A stretch of 64,000 nt of DNA from Eledone cirrhosa. Its lineage: Eukaryota. Location: the NCBI GenBank assembly GCA_964016885.1, contig OZ024743.1, positions 19,468,001-19,532,000 on the forward strand. The letters run 5' to 3'. Position numbers and translations under genes: made by a program. Position 1 is the stretch's first letter. Each line of letters opens with the position of its first letter. Shown here one piece after another: positions 57,330 through 64,000 of this stretch. The notes under the pieces were generated by a model. It had not been told where the DNA came from. It saw only the letters and a list, made by a program, of their open reading frames with translations, and made no database searches.

Positions 57330-57453
57330 TATTGAACTCCTTTAACCATCTTTTGATCTTATATTATGCATACTCCAGTCCCACAAACTGTAGAGTGCTT
57401 CTTATCCGATATCTGCATTGCTTTATTGTACTACAATAAAACTCACCTCCTAC

Positions 57454-57479
<26 letters not shown>

Positions 57480-57484
<5 letters not shown>

Positions 57485-57714
57485 AATATAAATTAGCGAG
57501 AATCGTATTTCAGCTCAGGAATTAACGAAAATCAACGTCCGATATGTGTGGCAAGCACTCGATGATTCATGTGAATCAGAGCTACAACATACGTTAAGTG
57601 CCAAACACACTGAGATGATGGTTAAACATGTCATCCGCACAGCCAAAAACAAACGACCAAGTAATTCGGGTCAAACAATAAAAATATATGTGATTGATAA
57701 TATACCCGGACCCT
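57480..57714 (-). mobile_element. 3' fragment of the 49689-50391 mini-element family
   Basis: Reverse complement of 50161-50391 with scattered differences; same 3' end. Confidence 0.88.
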
Positions 57715-57719
57715 ATATG

Positions 57720-57838
<119 letters not shown>

Positions 57839-58062
57839 GTATATATATATATACGTATATATATGTATATATATATACGAATACATATATATATGTATAT
57901 ATATGAATATATATATATACGTATATATACGTATATATATACGAATACATGTATATATGTATATATATACGTATATATATATGTATATGTATATATATAT
58001 ACGTATATATATATATATATATATATACTATATATATGTATATATATATTCGAATACATATA

Positions 58063-58111
<49 letters not shown>

Positions 58112-58323
58112 ATATATATATATGTATATATATATGTATGTGTATATATACATATGTATATATATATATGTAAGTGTATATATACATATGTATATATATA
58201 TGTATGTGTATATATATATATATATAGATATAGTTATGTATATATATACGTATATATATATAGGTATATATATATATATATATGTATGTGTATACATACA
58301 TATGTATATATATGTATGTGTAT

Positions 58324-59142
58324 ATCGTAGCCACCGCGAAGAGGCTGCTTTCGGTTATTTGTCGGAGATTTCTTCATAGGAGCCTTTATTCTTATAGCTT
58401 GGTCTAATTGATTTTTTTATATGGTTAATTATGCTAATTGGGAGAGGAAATTGTATATATTATATCTAGTAATTCTAAAGACATGTTTTATTATATATAG
58501 CTCTGATTATTTAATTTATTAATTCTTCATTGAGCCACAACGTGACCTGTCGCATATCTATGACTTTATATATATGTAAATCTTTATATGGAATAATATC
58601 CCGTTAGGTTGAGATACAATTTGGGGAAATTGGGCTGCGCTTTCTAGCAATAAGCCTACCCGCCGTAAGCAACAAATCACATCCTTTCTAACTTGACCGC
58701 TGCCTCGTCACGATTCTTAGCCATTTTTGAATGTATTTTTGGCGCGATCACTTTGGAAAATTAAATGTCTAATATTGAGTTCCCTCCTGATGAGTCCGAA
58801 GCTCTGGACATTCCCTGTTATCGGGTGTCTTAAAATACGGACGAAACCAAGGTAGAGGTAATTAAGTATGTACGCATGTCTTCTAAGTTTAAATTTACAC
58901 CTAATTGTGTTTGGTTGACTGTATACCTAGTCGATTTCTACATGCTGTCGAACTGTTGGATAAATACTCCATCGTAGCCACCGCGAAGAGGCTTCTTTCG
59001 GTTATTTGTCGGAGATTTCTTCATAAGGGCCTTTATTCTTATAGCTTGTTCTAATTGATTTTTTAAATAGTTAATTATGCTAATTGGGAGAGGAAATGGT
59101 ATATATTATATCTAGTGATTATAAAGACACATTTTATGATAT
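58324..59142 (+). mobile_element. Non-coding mini-element: 647-nt unit, ~172-nt terminal redundancy
   Basis: 58324-58497 = 58971-59142; both ends in (TA)n; internal HHR. Confidence 0.88.
58780..58861 (+). ncRNA. Type I hammerhead ribozyme with extended stem II
   Basis: CCTC-CTGATGA-GTCCG...(GACATTCCC/GGGTGTC hairpin)...CGGAC-GAAA-C-CAAG-G-TA-GAGG; predicted cut after 58854. Confidence 0.88.
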
Positions 59143-59225
59143 ATATATATGTATGTATATATATATATATACATACATATATATCTATACATATATATAT
59201 ATATATACATGCATACATATATATG

Positions 59226-59338
<113 letters not shown>

Positions 59339-59353
59339 GCATACATATATATG

Positions 59354-59406
<53 letters not shown>

Positions 59407-59411
59407 ATATA

Positions 59412-59452
<41 letters not shown>

Positions 59453-59457
59453 ATATA

Positions 59458-59496
<39 letters not shown>

Positions 59497-59507
59497 ATAT
59501 ATATATG

Positions 59508-59568
<61 letters not shown>

Positions 59569-59641
59569 GTATATATATATATATATATATATATATACGT
59601 ATATATAACTACTTTTTTTAGCCGTTGCTCGCACCAACCGG

Positions 59642-59698
59642 AGGTATATGGTCTTTAAAGCGATGAAATGCCTATGATAGTTGGAAGATCACTGATGA
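59642..59698 (+). ncRNA. Candidate non-circularly permuted hammerhead ribozyme
   Basis: AGGTA-TA-TGGTCTTT-n8-GAAA-TGCCT-n10-GAAGATCA-CTGATGA. Confidence 0.55.
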
Positions 59699-60254
59699 AG
59701 GACAAACTTTTTTCATATGTAACCCATTTGCAACTCTGCAACTCCCTTATTATCATATTTACACATATTTTTCCTCTGCTGCTACACCGTCTTTTTCGTT
59801 CTATGTAGCTTTACCCTTTCTAGCAGTCTCTTTCTCTGTTAGGCTCTTCCTCACCCTTCACTCACTCATTCTCTGTCATTACCTCTCCTCCTCCTCTTTC
59901 TTCCTGTTTGACCTGTGAGTAATTCTTTTCTCTCACATTCTCGGCCAAGCTGGTCGGAATTTTTTCTCTCTCGTCTACGATTTCACAGAACTTATGTTTA
60001 CCGAATTCGCAGACCAGACCCCTTCTTCCTCCCGTTAGACCTGTGCGAAATTCCTTCCTTGTTCACATTTCAACCAGGTTTGATGGTCTTTATTCTCTCG
60101 TTCACGATTTCACCGAACTTAAATTCATAGAAATATGGGACTTGTCTCCTTCTTCCTCACTTTCTGTTGCTTCACCATTTTGTTTCTTTACCCTCGTGTC
60201 CCCTTTATTTACGCGTCCCAACGACTTTTTTTAGCCGTTGCTCGCACCAACCGG

Positions 60255-60311
60255 AGGTATATGGTCTTTGAAGCGATGAAATGCCTATGATAGTTGAAAG
60301 ATCACTGATGA
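60255..60311 (+). ncRNA. Candidate non-circularly permuted hammerhead ribozyme (second copy)
   Basis: AGGTA-TA-TGGTCTTT-n8-GAAA-TGCCT-n10-AAAGATCA-CTGATGA. Confidence 0.55.
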
Positions 60312-60383
60312 AGGACAAACTTTTATCATTTGTAACCCATTTGCAACTCCGCAGCGCCCTTATTATCATATATATATATATAC

Positions 60384-61564
<1,181 letters not shown>

Positions 61565-61568
61565 CATT

Positions 61569-61690
<122 letters not shown>

Positions 61691-61691
61691 A

Positions 61692-61738
<47 letters not shown>

Positions 61739-61740
61739 CA

Positions 61741-61842
<102 letters not shown>

Positions 61843-61858
61843 ATATATATATATATAT

Positions 61859-64000
<2,142 letters not shown>

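Larger units (their letters stand above)
51005..57453. mobile_element. Head-to-head palindromic pair of 5'-truncated Naiad-type PLEs
   Basis: 51005-54168 = reverse complement of 54206-57367; 37-nt spacer; ~86-nt tail 57368-57453; (TA)n on both sides. Confidence 0.95.
59611..60371 (+). mobile_element. Non-coding mini-element: 613-nt unit, 148-nt terminal redundancy containing rearranged HHR
   Basis: 59611-59758 = 60224-60371; pyrimidine-rich body; both ends in (TA)n. Confidence 0.88.

Noticed and set aside
50161-57714. Inverted mini-element copies flanking the palindrome as part of one giant inverted duplication
   Set aside because: These copies are visibly diverged while the PLE arms are nearly identical, and the intervening sequence differs; treated as independent insertions
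59651-59703. C/D-box snoRNA or SECIS reading of GCGATGA...CTGA with GTCTTT/AAGGAC stem
   Set aside because: Too short, and the box C and terminal stem are not conserved in the 22-kb subfamily whereas the hammerhead strands are

Overview
AT-rich eukaryotic DNA, probably from a cephalopod (Octopus-like, inferred only from the SINE family and microsatellite load). It has no confidently identifiable host gene, and most of the long ORFs in the track are translated (TA)n/(CA)n. The window is a nest of retroelements inserted into (TA)n tracts. Penelope-like elements (PLEs): one apparently intact Naiad-type copy (739 aa RT + GIY-YIG), a ~6.4-kb near-perfect head-to-head palindrome of a second Naiad-type family, and further PLE remnants. 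Other repeats: CR1-, RTE-, Tx1/L1- and R4/CRE-type LINE relics, a mariner relic and tRNA-derived SINEs. Three features stand out. (1) At least six unrelated or distantly related non-coding 410-650-nt terminally redundant units (retrozyme-like mini-elements), plus smaller fold-back relics, carry hammerhead ribozyme (HHR) motifs, two of them with a U3-A8 core variant. (2) One family, present in two diverged subfamilies, has hammerhead strands in a non-circularly permuted (pseudoknotted) order with compensatory base changes. (3) A recurrent insertion geometry has two arms joined 5'-to-5' whose outer ends map to two fixed positions ~55-95 nt apart downstream of the HHR, suggesting dual priming from both ends of a cut (TA)n target. 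All structures were read by eye; none has been computed or tested.
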